Positions 36,696-50,059 of a stretch of DNA of 64,000 nucleotides are shown here, piece by piece; position 1 is the first letter of the stretch, and every line of letters begins with the position of its first letter. The notes under the pieces were generated by a model. That model was not told the DNA's origin. It did not search any database and saw only the letters and a program-made list of their open reading frames with translations. This stretch comes from Yuukianura sp. NJ FZ-2021 (Eukaryota). The DNA is taken from assembly GCA_046563655.1 (NCBI GenBank), contig CM102284.1, forward strand, positions 3,720,001 to 3,784,000. The letters are read 5' to 3'. A program made the translations under genes and the position numbers.

Positions 36696-39600
36696 CTGCG
36701 GTGTCTATAGTGCTGCTGGAGCTAAAGCTGGAAGAAGAAGCTGGAGCTGGAAGAAGACGTCACTTGGCAGAAGAAGCTGCTGGAGAACAGCGCAGAGGAT
36801 GGCTTTGAATGAAATGTGCTGTACAGTCTCCTTGTATCCGAACAGCGTTTCCAGTACCTGTTGCACTGGAACAAACCAAAATAAGACTGAGAGTTAAGGT
36901 GGGCTAGAAGAAAAGTGAAAGTGGCAGCGCTTTCTCCTTGACCTTGAACTTCAACTGAATTTCTAAACTGAAGCTATTGTCATTCTAGTTCTAGCGGGAC
37001 AATAGACGTGCTATAAAGTGCGAACTCCAACAAATGGAAACGAAAATTAAAACTAAAGCGTCATTACTTGAGGAATGGAATCATAATAATAGTTATTAAA
37101 CACACGTAATGCCTTCTGTTTTCACTTTCTGCCTACCTCCAGCCGCCTTTACTCAAAAATACTGCGCAGTAACACAACTTTAACGTAACAAGTTAATGTC
37201 TATATACCAATTAAAGTTATTGATCAATTAAAACGTAACCTCCTTTTAACCTAACCGCGTTAAACTCAAGATTATGGTTTTAGGTTCCACTAAACACTAA
37301 AGTGAAAGTGGAAACTTTCACTCTTTTGAAAAAATTGCTCGTGTGACCTTGGGCAATGGAGAGGCGACAGAACCGTGACTAAAAGTAATTCAAGGTCACC
37401 AAGTGACAAATTGTTGCTAACTCTGCTACTGCTAAGTGCTGGATCACATGGAAAAATACCAAATATCAAGTGCTGTTCTAGCTTTTTTTAAAAAAATGTG
37501 ATTCTATTGTTAAAATTTTGAATTGAAACGGAAACAATGGTACGTGGGTTAGGTAATTGGAATTTAGGAGAATACAGCTCGCAACAACTAAAAGCTTAAG
37601 CACGAATTTAGCCAATCACAAAAGCTCGTTATTTTTGCATAACAAAAGCTGCGAGGTAACTCGCAAATATTAGTCGCAACTATTATTTTCCTGGAGCAAA
37701 TTTGACAATTGGCAATTTGACATGGTATTTTGCTCATTTGCTCAATACAACTAGAAAATACGAGTTGTTTTTACAGGTCAAAGACAAAGGTCACAAAAGT
37801 GGAAGTTATAACTGACATAGCCCAAATTTTGTCTATTGTGTAAAATCGTTTTTCGAAATTTTTTTTACCATCTAATATCAATTGAGCAATTGAGCACATT
37901 GCCCTGCTCAACTTAAATGGAAATCATTTGCTGGATTGTTTTGACGTAAGAACTAAAGACCTGCTGAACTAACAAATCGGTGCCCTGCCCACCGCCCTTG
38001 CCTTGAAATGAAATGATCACTGACAACTTAAGTGTTGTTGGCTTTTGTATTTGTTCATACTTGATTCTTATACTTTGTGTATCCAACTGCACATGGAGGT
38101 TCAAGATCACATTTTCAAGTGTCACTATATTTGAAGAGATTTCAGTTTTACTTTTTGACACGTTCGTCTTTTAGAAGTAGACATGGAAAATTATTGTAAG
38201 ATTAGTCCACAACTTGAGAATAGGATGGATCCTCTTGTAAAACAATTGACGTAATGAAACTGTCCCGTTAATTTATCAACACTAGATCCAAGTGGTCTAA
38301 TCCAGCTCCAATTTGCAAAAATATGTAATTCGCAACATCCTAATTCCAAACCGCAAAAAATAACCACTACCTACTGCAACTACGCCTGATTTCTAGCGGT
38401 CAAAAACATCAAGCGTTGACCTTAACCCGGTTCTTATGAACAAAGAGAACAATAAGTTCGAAAATTGTTTAAAAAATGAGATAAGACCGGCACAGATTAG
38501 TTAGGATTCTTAGCATGGAGAAAGCAAAAGAGAGAAAAAATTATTGTTGCTCTTTTTTTGAATTTAACTTCTCATTGCTTTTACCTTATACATACGAATG
38601 ACCAATTCAAAATTTTGAAATGCCTGATTCAAAAAATATGGACGTTGTAAAAATTCTTGACTAAGAATGGAATTACCTTTCACCTTGAAATTGAAAAAAA
38701 CTTTCACTTTTGAAAATTTTGAGACGCCTTAGCACTTCAAAAAATTGAAAAAGTTCCAAGCCTAAGAAAATGCAAATTTTTTAACTCCTGAAAATTTGGA
38801 ACTGTTTTGTTCTTAAATACTTCAAAATAGTTTTTGTTTTCAAAAACTAAAAAATGCTTTGTCTAAATGTTGTTTCGATTGACGTTATTTGTATGTTGAA
38901 GGTTTTAGTTTTAAGTTGAAAGAACGCTTTCAAAACTTAAAAGTTGTTTCCGGTAGTTGTTATTTACCTGGATAATTGTTGCTAATTGTTGTGTTGACTG
39001 GAAGTAGTGCTTGCGTTTCCGTTGGCCGAGGAGGAAAGCGTAGTAAGTGACCTGAACAATACAGTTGATGTGTCAACTGAAACTTGATGGACCAAATGAG
39101 CCTAACCTGAGCGTGCAGATCTATTTATACTTGACGAAGATAGACACAGTGCATGATGCTTAGCGTTTAAGTTGGATTTGGACTATAACTGTGTGAGCTT
39201 TCCCTGGATTTTGGGCAAATGGAACAATGGAATTGGCTTTGCCGTAAGGCAACACCCAAGGGGATCAACATTATCCAATAGTCTGAGCTTCAGCAAGTTT
39301 TTTTTTAGTAAAAAAAATGAGTTAGTGGAGTTCGAAATTTCATCTTGTGAAATTTCAAATATAATTAGCAATAAAATGTATTTTAACGGTCAATCATAAA
39401 AATTTCATGTCCAGAAAGTGAAAGTAGCATCAAATTAAATTTAAATTGACGTTAAATCCTTTTTCCAAAATCGCACTGCGGTTTCCTTATACAAAGATTT
39501 TCAGTTTTTCTCATCAAATTTTTGATTTTGGTGAAATCTCTTCAAAGCCAAGTGTACCAAAGTAGAGTTTCCGAGAAAAAATCGCTTTTTGCTAAATTGT

Positions 39601-40292
39601 TTATGCAGTTTTGAGAATTGAAAATTAATGACAGTTACAAATCACTTGTTGGTCAATATTTGTAAGGTTAAGGCGTTGATGTGATAGATTGTGAGACAGG
39701 TGAGTGTACGATTAAAACAGAATTGTTTAACACTGTTATTACAAAATCTTGCATAAGAAAGTGAGCGTTATTGTAATTAAAGCATCAGGAAATAATTCCG
39801 ACGTGTGATGCTTCTGACGATCCAAATCCTTGATTAGTTTGATTGAAGGGTTGCGAAGTTTAGGAATGTGATCTTGATGGATCCAATAGAATCAGCATCT
39901 GGTGGTGTTGCGGTGGTTCGTTTACGTGGGTCATGAATATGCACGAGTCATCAAGTGGCATACTAATTCTGGATCATCAATGACAGTCGTGTTAGCTTTA
40001 ATATAGAGATCCTCTGGTGAAAGTTAGGAAATTAGCGGGGATTATGCTTCAACAGGTCAGCATTCTGGTAATGTCCGAATCAAACTGCTTAATTCATTGC
40101 TGCGTCCCCCTAAAAACGGCAATTATTATCAAGAACAGCAAATCTTTCATGACCAGAAGCGGGTTCTGGAGAGTCACGAGTCACGACTAATTTCTCACCA
40201 AGGCTATTATGAAAGGAAGTAAACAATAAACTGTGTACTACGAGGCATTGAATCTGCTAATCAAACTTCCGCAAATTATGATTTCCACTTTT

Positions 40293-40409
40293 GGTTGAGG
40301 TAAGCTTTAACGACCGTCATTGTAGCCGCACAGTGTAACTCCTTGCGGCCATCTACAGTTACACTGCGCTGTGCGGTTACAGTGACAATAGTTAAACCTT
40401 ATCTCAACC
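40293..40409. repeat. ~117-bp imperfect palindrome (foldback)
   Basis: Left arm ggttgaggtaagctttaacgaccgtcattgtagccgcacagtgtaact pairs with right arm agttacactgcgctgtgcggttacagtgacaatagttaaaccttatctcaacc. Confidence 0.7.
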
Positions 40410-40782
40410 CTGATTTCACCTTACTAAAAATTCATCGACTCAATAATAACACTAATAAAAAGTTAAAGCAACGAGAAGAAGACAAATTGTGCCCAAATGT
40501 TATCAACAATTTTGAAAGCCAAAAATTCCAACAAAAGAAGTCAAACACAAATTCTTGGAGAATTAAAAAATGAAACGAGGAAAATTTCAAAATCGAAACT
40601 GACTACCTAGATTTATTGCACCAAATTTTGCGAGATTTATTAAGAATTTAGTCCATTTAGTTAATTTTGAAATTTGGCTAGAGCGTGATTCATAAAATCC
40701 TACTTGCGACAATCCTTCGAGTCAAAATACTTTTGCGGTCCAACGGGTACAACCCTACAGATTCTTGTCGCCTGCAACACTT

Positions 40783-41400
40783 TCACCAGAGGCCACGAAA
40801 CTTCAGTTCCATGATGAGCACAGCTCGAATATTAGCGTCTTCGATGGTATTGACCTCTTGTCGGATTTTGTCCCGTCCAAGGTTGGGGTCAGCATAGTGT
40901 TTAGAGAGGCGGTCAACATATTCGATCCAAACACACGTATGACATCCGGACATGCAGCAGGTCGTTGGAGGGCTAAAGTCATCTTGTTCTTGCGTCACTT
41001 CCTTATGCTTCTCCAGAAGAACTTTGTCTTCTAATCGCTCTTGACCGAGGAGGGGCAGTGGAATATTTTCTGGAAGCGCCTGTTCAGTGGCAAACAGCCT
41101 CCGTGACCCCAAGATCTTGCGGATATTGGCAACATATGACTCTTCCTCCACAGCTTTAGTATGTTTGTGACGTCGAGGCTTGTCTGATACTGGCGAGGGA
41201 GGAGTGTCGACCTGTGACCTCTGATGATGAGTTGACAGAGTGACGGTCATTGCCTGAGGAGGCAGGACGTGATGATGGGAAATAGATCGCATGTTACAGT
41301 GAGCTAGACCATGATGACAGCTTCTGATTGAACTTGACGAAAGTATCTTGGCATTGGCTGCCAGTTGGTGCTGGATTGATCGTAAGTGAATCCTTGACAT
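40783..41400 (-). CDS. OXLD1: Oxidoreductase-like domain-containing protein 1, single coding exon
   Basis: PPTTCCMSGCHTCVWIEY...IEDANIRAVLIMELK C-terminal domain; Arg/Ser/His-rich N-terminus resembling a mitochondrial presequence. Confidence 0.85.
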   Translation of the reverse strand: MSRIHLRSIQHQLAANAKILSSSSIRSCHHGLAHCNMRSISHHHVLPPQAMTVTLSTHHQRSQVDTPPSPVSDKPRRHKHTKAVEEESYVANIRKILGSRRLFATEQALPENIPLPLLGQERLEDKVLLEKHKEVTQEQDDFSPPTTCCMSGCHTCVWIEYVDRLSKHYADPNLGRDKIRQEVNTIEDANIRAVLIMELKFRGLW

Positions 41401-42031
41401 TCAATTTTGTCCAGTGAGAGCTATTTTTAACAAAAAATTGATTAAACTGATCACAATTTTGTATTAAAATGACAAGATTTTGAGATTCAAAAGGTCAAAC
41501 GGTGACCTCACCCTCCCACTTTTCGTTAAATGGAAAACTTTCATTCAAGTAAATGTAAAACTTTATAATGCGAAATCATCGTACAAAATTGAACTGAAAA
41601 TGTTTGAACGACTTTAAGTTTTAGCAAAAGTTTTGAAATTTTGTTAAAATTTGAATGAAATTAGCGCTTTTTGTTCCAGTTTCAACTTTCCCGAACCAGA
41701 AGCATGTCAGAAGATGCACTTTCCTTCTCTTGTCATGTAAAATGTCACTTGTCAAGTGTAAAATTACTTAGCAAGCGAAATGTGCACTGCAAGTGACGCT
41801 GTTCCTGTGGCAACACTTCTCAGAACGTTTTTAGATAAGAAAACAACCTTATTAAAATTCAGTTTTGACTTTTCATGTCAACCGGCTTGTCCTCTTTATT
41901 TTTCAGACGTTCTGCAGGTCCAGATCAAGGAAAAGCGATTATCACTTTTTTAGAGGTCAAGTCAGTTACCGAAAAGGTCAAATTTCGAAATCGGATTGCA
42001 GAAAATTTAGCTTTTGACGTAAAAAGAGAGA

Positions 42032-43036
42032 ATGGACCCATCTTACTGCGACAACCAAGCGTCGTGCGACACGGACTGCGATGGACTCTACTATGAGCCG
42101 GATATCAGAACTGAACGCGCTACATTCGGTAACTTTGACAGGGTCCTCAAGGCCAGGATTTTTTGAATTTTGGATGTTTGAATTTTGAAATTTTGAATTT
42201 TAGGAATGCATTGCTTTGCAAATGCCGAGGCCCATTTCGGCGCTGCTCCGGGAGTGATTCGTTCTCGTGTCGGTTACGCTGGAGGAACAATCCTCAATCC
42301 CTGTGCAAACCAAATGTAAAAAAAAGAGTTCTTTTTTTAAATACTAGAAAGTGAAGAAAGTACGTTTTTTGTCAAAAATTTACAGGTTTGACTATACTGA
42401 AACTGTGGACATTGAATTTGATCCATTTCAAACGACTTACGCAAAATTGCTACAAATTTTCTGGGAGCACCATGACCCCACTGCGAGCGTTCCTCGTAAA
42501 GTAAGTCACAAGCATTTGATTTTCAGTTTTTCAAAATTGCAAAATTCAAAATTCAAAACTGTTTTTATTTTCAGTACCAATCAATTATTTTCTACCACTC
42601 TCCGGAACAACGCGATTTGGCCGAGAAAACGCTCAAAGTTGAGGTGCACAACCGCAGTCGTCCAATCAAAACTCGGATTTATCCTGCCAAGGAATTCTAC
42701 GAAGCTGAAAAGTACAAATTCACTTCAAATTTTTCAAAATTTAAATTTTCAAGCAATCCTTTTTCTTACAAAACGTTTTTGTGTTTTAGCTTCCAACAAA
42801 AGGCGTACTTGCAACGATATCCATGGATCATGAACTACTTGGGAATCAAAGTTGGTCTACCGTTGATTCGTTCCAGAATTGCTTGTCGTCTGAACGGCTA
42901 CTGCGCAGGATTCGGCTCTCTCGTGGCCTTCGAAGCAGAATGGCGTAAACTCGGTCTGTGTTGCGAAGTTGTCGAGTACGTTCGGAAAGTGATTGGACTC
43001 AATTACCGGAACAAGCTTGGATGTCCTCCGTACTAA
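42032..43036 (+). CDS. MsrA: Peptide methionine sulfoxide reductase A-like protein with atypical active site, 5 exons
   Basis: RATF|GMHCFANAEAHFGAAPGVIRSRVGYAGG, DYTETVDIEFDP, LLQIFWEHHDPT, YQSIIFYH, FYEAE and ACRLNGY. All introns are GT-AG and in frame. Confidence 0.85.
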
Positions 43037-44097
43037 AGCACCGAAACCATCAGCAATTTTCACAAACCAAGAAAGATGACCTCTGACCCCAAGCTTAAGT
43101 TACAAACTCACTTTCCTCGCTTTCATCTTCATACTCATAGTCACTCATCGACTATGCAAAATTGTTTAGAAAACTAAACTTAAACTTAATTATTACGTTG
43201 AATCATAACAAATGAATAATTGTAATGGCACATTTTTGTCAAGGTCAACTATGTTAATCTAATCTGGTGCGTTGTTTTTGATGGTCAAACTCCACAAGAG
43301 GAAAGCCGCATTGAAATTCCGTTGTTGCGAAATTCGTAAGTCTGTCTGTATTTCCTCTTTGCCAAAAATCGTTGTGTTAATAAGGTGTGGGATTCAATTA
43401 ACAATTAAATGTACTGATTAATCCTTGAATATCACAGGAAAGCATTTACAGCAGCCGATTACAATCTATGTTGGAGCATTAAGTTCTGAGATTCTCACGG
43501 TTCCTTGTTGTTGTTAGCCTTTGATACTACGGGGCGGTCGGTACAAAGTCAAAGTCAACACAGAGAGAGATTGGAGCAGAGTGTTTTTGTTTTTACGGAT
43601 TGTTGAAATGTAAGTGCAGAAAGAAATGTAAGTTTGAAGGGAACTGGCTTGTGACAGGGTGGCACTAAGCTAACGGTAACATCATCGTCCACTTCTGTTA
43701 CTGTCACTTTCACCGTAGTTCAAAGCGGTGAATTGTGCTGGTCATAAGCAGTTCACCGTTAATTGGTAAGTCTTTTTTATTTTATTCTCTTTTTTTTTTA
43801 TTGTCAATTGTCAAATTATACGCATTTATGTATTTTATATCGAGAAAACAACTGGAACTTATTAAGTCTTTTCTTGTTCCTAGTGTTAATTGCATTGGAG
43901 GAAGGCTGACTAATAGTGTGAGAAGAACCGATCGAGAGAGATTGACCTCGACATCATCGTCGAGGAAAACCAGAATTTTTGATATGAGCAGCTTGTCGCC
44001 TGGGTCAGGAGCAGCAACAAAGCTATTGAAAATCCAACAATTTTAACAAGTTCCGTTGTAATTTGACAGTTTACGGAGCCTTGGAAGCGACATCAAC

Positions 44098-47000
44098 ATG
44101 TGTAAGTTTGCAAATAACGATTTGTAGTCCTACACGTTCGGTTTTTTTCAGTGTTGTTATGTTCTGTGGACCAGAGAATGCGTAGTTTTTGATGATACTC
44201 TAAAGATTTTTTGTAGTTTTGGAATAGGTTATTTCAGTCAGAGGTGAGCTAACACGAAAACATACTTCTTTTGTTAATTTAGATTACGGAGGCGAAAATA
44301 CTACCACCGGATCCGGGAACAGCCCGAACAACAACTCGGCGGAAGAAGCTCCAACCTCTTCTGACGTCAGGTCGGACGAAATGGCACCGATCATATTTCC
44401 GCAGCATGGAGACTTCCAAAAGCTCCATACTGTGTTGATCGATGGCGGAGATCGGTTTGGAGTCAGCACTGTGACGGTGGACTTGTCAGAAGAGTTGGTT
44501 TGGGTCGGAAATCAAGGGGTATGCATCAGAAACTAATCCGGAAATAACTACAATTCAATACTTAAGACTAAAATTGAAAACCCCATCTTTCTGGTTAACA
44601 CAGGGCCATGTCACGTCGTACTATGGGAACAGTTTGGAAAAGTACACCTCCTTCCAAGTACATCCAAACCAGGAGATTCGACAGATTCTAACAACGGACG
44701 ACTTTATTCTCATTTTGAGCCAGACTCAGCTCAGAGGTCAACTTCGACGGGGCATCCCAGTTTTTACACATTCGTAAGTGTTTTGAAGCGTGGCTTTATG
44801 ACAATTATGAAATACGTTTTTGTTTTTGGCACAGTTCCGAAAACATGATGGAGATGCAGTGTATGCTTCAGACAAATTCATCGACTATTCTCATGGGCGG
44901 TCATCAGCAAGAATTGGTGGAGTTCGACTTGAATACGTTGGTCCAAACTCAAACGGTGACTTACAAGCAAACCTTGTGCTTCGTCTTATTAACAAAGTTA
45001 CTCATTTTGCTCACGGCATTTTTTTTGTTTGCCTTTTGCAGGTTCAAATGAACGACACTGGTTGTGCTATTTTGAGAAGTCACGGAAGGTTGATTTGCAC
45101 GGGAGAACCAACGGGAAAAGTTCACTTGCTGGATGGTCGGACATTTCGGAAAGAACACGTAATACTTTGACCACTTAAAATGTCACAGTTATCCTCAAGT
45201 TTTAAATTGCTAATGCTGACTTAGACTATCGAAGCACATTCAGGGAGCTTGTCTGACTTTGACATTCATGGAAACCTGATGGTCACTTGTGGGTTTTCCA
45301 ACCGACATACCAACCTCACCGTGGATCGTTTTTTGAAAGTCTACGATATCCGGATGTTGCGTGCCCTTGCACCAATTCAAGTATCAATTGACCCGTTCTT
45401 ACTAAGGTTTCTTCCGTCATTTTCATCACGAATTGCAACAGTTTCTCCAAGTGGACAAATGGAAGTTCTTGAAACACAAGCTCTGTCACAGACGAACATT
45501 TGTCTTTATCAAGTAAGAAACTTTTTAAGTTTTAAATTCTATACACCAAAATAACTTTCCATAATTCTCATTCCACTTTTGATTGTTCGCAGGTTACGAA
45601 CGCTTCCATGTGCTTGTCCTTTGACGTCTCTTCGTCTTGTCATCAAATGGTTTTTGGCGACAGCGCTGGAACACTCCATCTCTTCTCTTCAAATCCAACA
45701 TCCATGTTTAACTCCTTCTCTCGTGATACAGAATTCCCGGATCCAGTTGATACAAGTCATCTTCCGCGAATTAACATACTGGACGAAATGGCTTCTATGT
45801 CCACCATACCACTCTATTTTCCAAACAATAACGGTTCTCTTGCCTCGGATTGGCCACCAGAATTGCTTGTACCAAGATATCGAAGGCTTCCACACATTGA
45901 ACACGCTATTCTTCAGTCTGTGAAGATGGTGGGACCAATCGGCTATGCTCCTCATCCTCCAGGACTTCGTCGCAATCAAGTACATTATCCATCGCTGGAC
46001 ACCAACGGACCGGAGCCAATTCCACTTTCACCTCCAAATACCAACGGAATCAATATTGTCAACAACAAGCATCAAAACAACGACGGGTCTCCAACTAACT
46101 GGAACAATCACAATGGACACGGCGGAGATGGCAGTCCCATCATGAGCCACTCGGCATTTCCTCCGCTCCAGTTTCCGACAAGTCCCAATCATCATAATGC
46201 CGGAGGAAGTCCTGTGCATATGAAGCACCACCAGCCCCACCATCCGCAGCATTCACATCGACCACCTCCACCTCCGCATCATGCATTTCCACCACAAGGG
46301 GCAGGGCATCATCCACCACCACCGCACCAGTTTCCACCAGGACCTGTTCCACCGCCACCATTTTTCTACAACGGTCCATCTCAACCGCCAATGATGCCAC
46401 CGAATGGTGGCGGTGGACCTATGCGACCTTTCTTCCATAAAACGAATCCAGCGTACATGAAGAATACTTTTTATCCTGGGAAGAGGTCGTCGTTCCACCC
46501 TAATCGATACCAAATCCCAAAAAGATACGCCAAATACGAATGGAAGAAAAATTTTTTTGATGAGAGTGACATGGAAAGCTTCAATAGAACAAAACTCTCA
46601 GGTGAGGAATTGCAATTATCTTGAGAATTAACCTTGCAGAGTTATTGATTTATTGATTAATTAAGTATATTGATTAATTCAGAATTAAATAGCTTTCTTG
46701 TTTCTCAGGGTTGGAGTTTACACAAGCCAATTCATACTGTAATTCCATGTTGCAAGTGTTGTATCACATCGATCATTTGAGAGCCGGCATAATTTCTCAC
46801 CTTTGCGAAAAAGAAGCGTGCTTATCGTGCGAACTTGCTTTTTTGTTTTGGTAAGTTTTTAGACAATTTTTGGTTCGTGTTGTTTATCTTTGTGAGGTGT
46901 TTTGTTGATCGTTGTTGTCCTCAGGATGCTGGATAACACGAGGGTCATTCCTTGCGTCGCTTCGAACTTCCTAAGGGCATTTCGTTTAGTACCGGAAGCA

Positions 47001-49438
47001 TCAGCACTTGGTTTGATTCTTCAAGAAAGTCAAGGCAAACAGAGAAGTATTTTTCTACGAATTATACAGGTTTACACATTTTAAAAGAAATTATGAGTAA
47101 TTAATTCATCTGAAAATAGAACACGCCAAAATTTATGAAAATGTTGGTGTTTCTTTCAGAGTTTCAACCGTTTCATTTTACACCAAATTGAAATGGAAAC
47201 ATCGAGGGGTGCAAATTCCAAGGAGAAATCTGACCCAATCTCAAAACTTTTTGCAATGAAGCAACAAAATCTGAACCGATGTATGCGCTGTTCCAGAGAA
47301 GAAACAAAAGAATCAACAGTGGTTTTGAGCAACATTTTGTATAAACCGGACGGTGAGACATATATTTTACATTAATCTTAATCGCTGATTTTGCATATGA
47401 ATTTGAATATGTTGTATCAACTGGATTGTCGTTTTTTTTTCAGCTAATGGAGGTGGCAAGCGATGTGGATTTATTGAATTGCTTCAACGCTCCCTCTCAC
47501 CGGAACAAACTACTCCAGCATGGTGCGATAAATGTGGCAAATACCAAGCCACCTTACAAAGCAGAATCCCGAAGACACTGCCGCATATCTTGGCATTAAA
47601 CACTTGTCTGGACAATGCTCATGTAAAATACTAACTCAATTCTCGTAAATAATTAACAGTGTTCAAGAAAAACGTTATGTGTCTCTAGGATTTTCAACTG
47701 TGGCGAAATCACATGGAATCATTGTTGCCTGAGAAGGGCGGAAAGCCGGAATTCGATAACGGAGGACTCATGCACAAAGGGCATCACTCCAAATCATGTC
47801 GTTACGGAAGAAATTGCATGCGTCCTGACTGTAAATTTTGGCACGAAGGGCGTCCGAATCTAAGTAGTCCAACTGGGATCAGAGACCACAGTTAGTTAAA
47901 CACAAAACAGTTAATAATTAATTAAAGGGTGATTTAATGACGTTTAATTCTTTTTTCAAAAGTGAGAACGTCAGAATTTGAGGTGAATCCGGAGATGCAA
48001 GTGAAGTGGCTTCCAACATCCATCAAAATATCAATATCAGATCATCGTGTCACATGTTCGGAGGTTCCAGAAGGGAATACTCAAGCAGACGCAGCAGTGT
48101 CAGATGAGAATGAGCGGATCACAGAAGTCTACGAACTCATGGCCGTTGTCTGCTTCATTCGTGATTCGGAATGCGAGGAGAGGAACAATTTGGTGTCAAT
48201 TGTGCAAGTAGATCCATCATACTTCGAAAGAGCTCAACAGTCGGAAGTGAGGTCAAACTGGGTGCTCTTTAACGATTTTTGGTAAGGAATTCTAATAAAC
48301 TTCGCATACAAAGCAAAACAAAGTCTAAAGTCAAAGTCAAGTATAATTACAAGACTTCTCTAATTGCAGTATTCGAGAAGTTCCAATTTCTGATGCCAAT
48401 TCCTTCAACCCAAAATGGAAAATTCCCTCTGTGATTTATTATCGGAAGAAAGTAGATCCGACACATGACATCGCAAATCCACCTCAAATCGTTCAAACAA
48501 TAACCGCAGACGTTTTCAAGATTGATCCAAAGGAATCAGCGGCTGCTGGCGACTCCAAGTCCAAAATCACTTACAAACCGCTGGACCTCGACGAAATTCC
48601 AACTAAGGGACAATTGGTAGCGATGGACGCTGAATTTGTGACGCTGGGTCAAGAGGAAACGGAGATTCGCAGCGACGGAAAAATTGCAACGATTCGGCCA
48701 CAGATGACTGTCGCGAGGATTACATGTATAAGAGGACAAGGACATATGGAAGGCACTCCATTTTTGGATGACTATATTTCAACATCGGAAGTTGTTGTGG
48801 ATTACCTTACAAAATTCTCTGGAATCAAACCGGGAGATCTCGATGTCAAGTACAGTTCTAAGAACCTAACAGTGCTCAAGAAAATTTACTTGAAATTGAG
48901 ATATTTAATTGACTCTGGAGTCAAGTTTGTTGGTCATGGACTCAATAACGATTTCAGGTATGGAACGGAACTCTCTTGAATTTCTCCCAAAAACGTTTTG
49001 GTTGCGATTTTGCTAACGTTGCTAACCGTATTTTTTTCAGAGTTATCAACTTAGCAGTTCCTCCGGAACAAATAATTGACACTGTGTCACTGTTTTATCT
49101 ACCGAATCAGAGAATGATTTCACTGAGGTTCTTGGCTTGGCACTTCTTAGGTAAGTTTTCGTACTTCGAAATTAATTAATCTAACAAATATTTTTGTTTA
49201 TTCGTATATCATTAGGGTTAATCTCTTGATTAATTTTGCGGCAGGGATGATGATTCAATCAGAAGTACACGACTCCATCGAAGATGCACGAACAGCACTT
49301 CAGCTGTACAGAAAGTACGAAGAACTTTTAAATACCGGAAAGTTACAAACTGCCCTGGAAGAGCTCTATGAAATTGGAAAGAAAGTACAATGGAAAGTTC
49401 CAAATGATAGTGAAGGGAGCCCTGCCGAACAATACTGA
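44098..49438 (+). CDS. PAN2: PAN2-PAN3 deadenylase catalytic subunit (WD40, pseudo-UCH and DEDD exonuclease domains), multi-exon
   Basis: [41 protein letters not shown] and WVLFNDF; nuclease motifs [15 protein letters not shown] and [11 protein letters not shown]. Confidence 0.93.
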
Positions 49439-50059
49439 CTCTACAGCACTAGGAAATTAGGGGTATGGAGCCCCTGGTACTTACAACGTTTTAATATTAA
49501 TCATAATTAATCAAGAAATGAACTACAGATTAAGGTTGAATACAAGTTCCGAAGAATGAAACAAGGATGATGGAAGCCAAGGTTTGCGGATATTAAGGGA
49601 CAGAATGTTGTACAATGTTACTCAATGATGGACTACAGCAGCGATTATTCCAATGGACCCAAGTACCTTTTTTCTAAGAAGAAACATAAAGGCTGTACTA
49701 TTCTTTCTCATATTTAACATCCCAGAAGGTGCACTAATATTGCTGCGTTGAGGTTAACGGGAAAGTAAATTGTAGTTAGTAGTTAAATCTCTTTCTCTTT
49801 TTAGTTCTCGGCTAAATTAAATTCTCCAAATACAGGTTTTAGTGGATATTAATTTTAACACTGTTCTTTTTCTGCCGGGATCCACAGTTTGATTGTTTAA
49901 TTTTATCAAATCAGAAGTAAAGAATTCTCCGCAGTTATATCAATTGAGGGTGTATTTAATTTTAAATTGAAAGAAAATTCATTGTTTAGTTCCAGTTTTT
50001 TAACTAGAGCGAACTGAAATAGAAATTACAATATTACCTTTAAGATTTCACTTTAGCTT

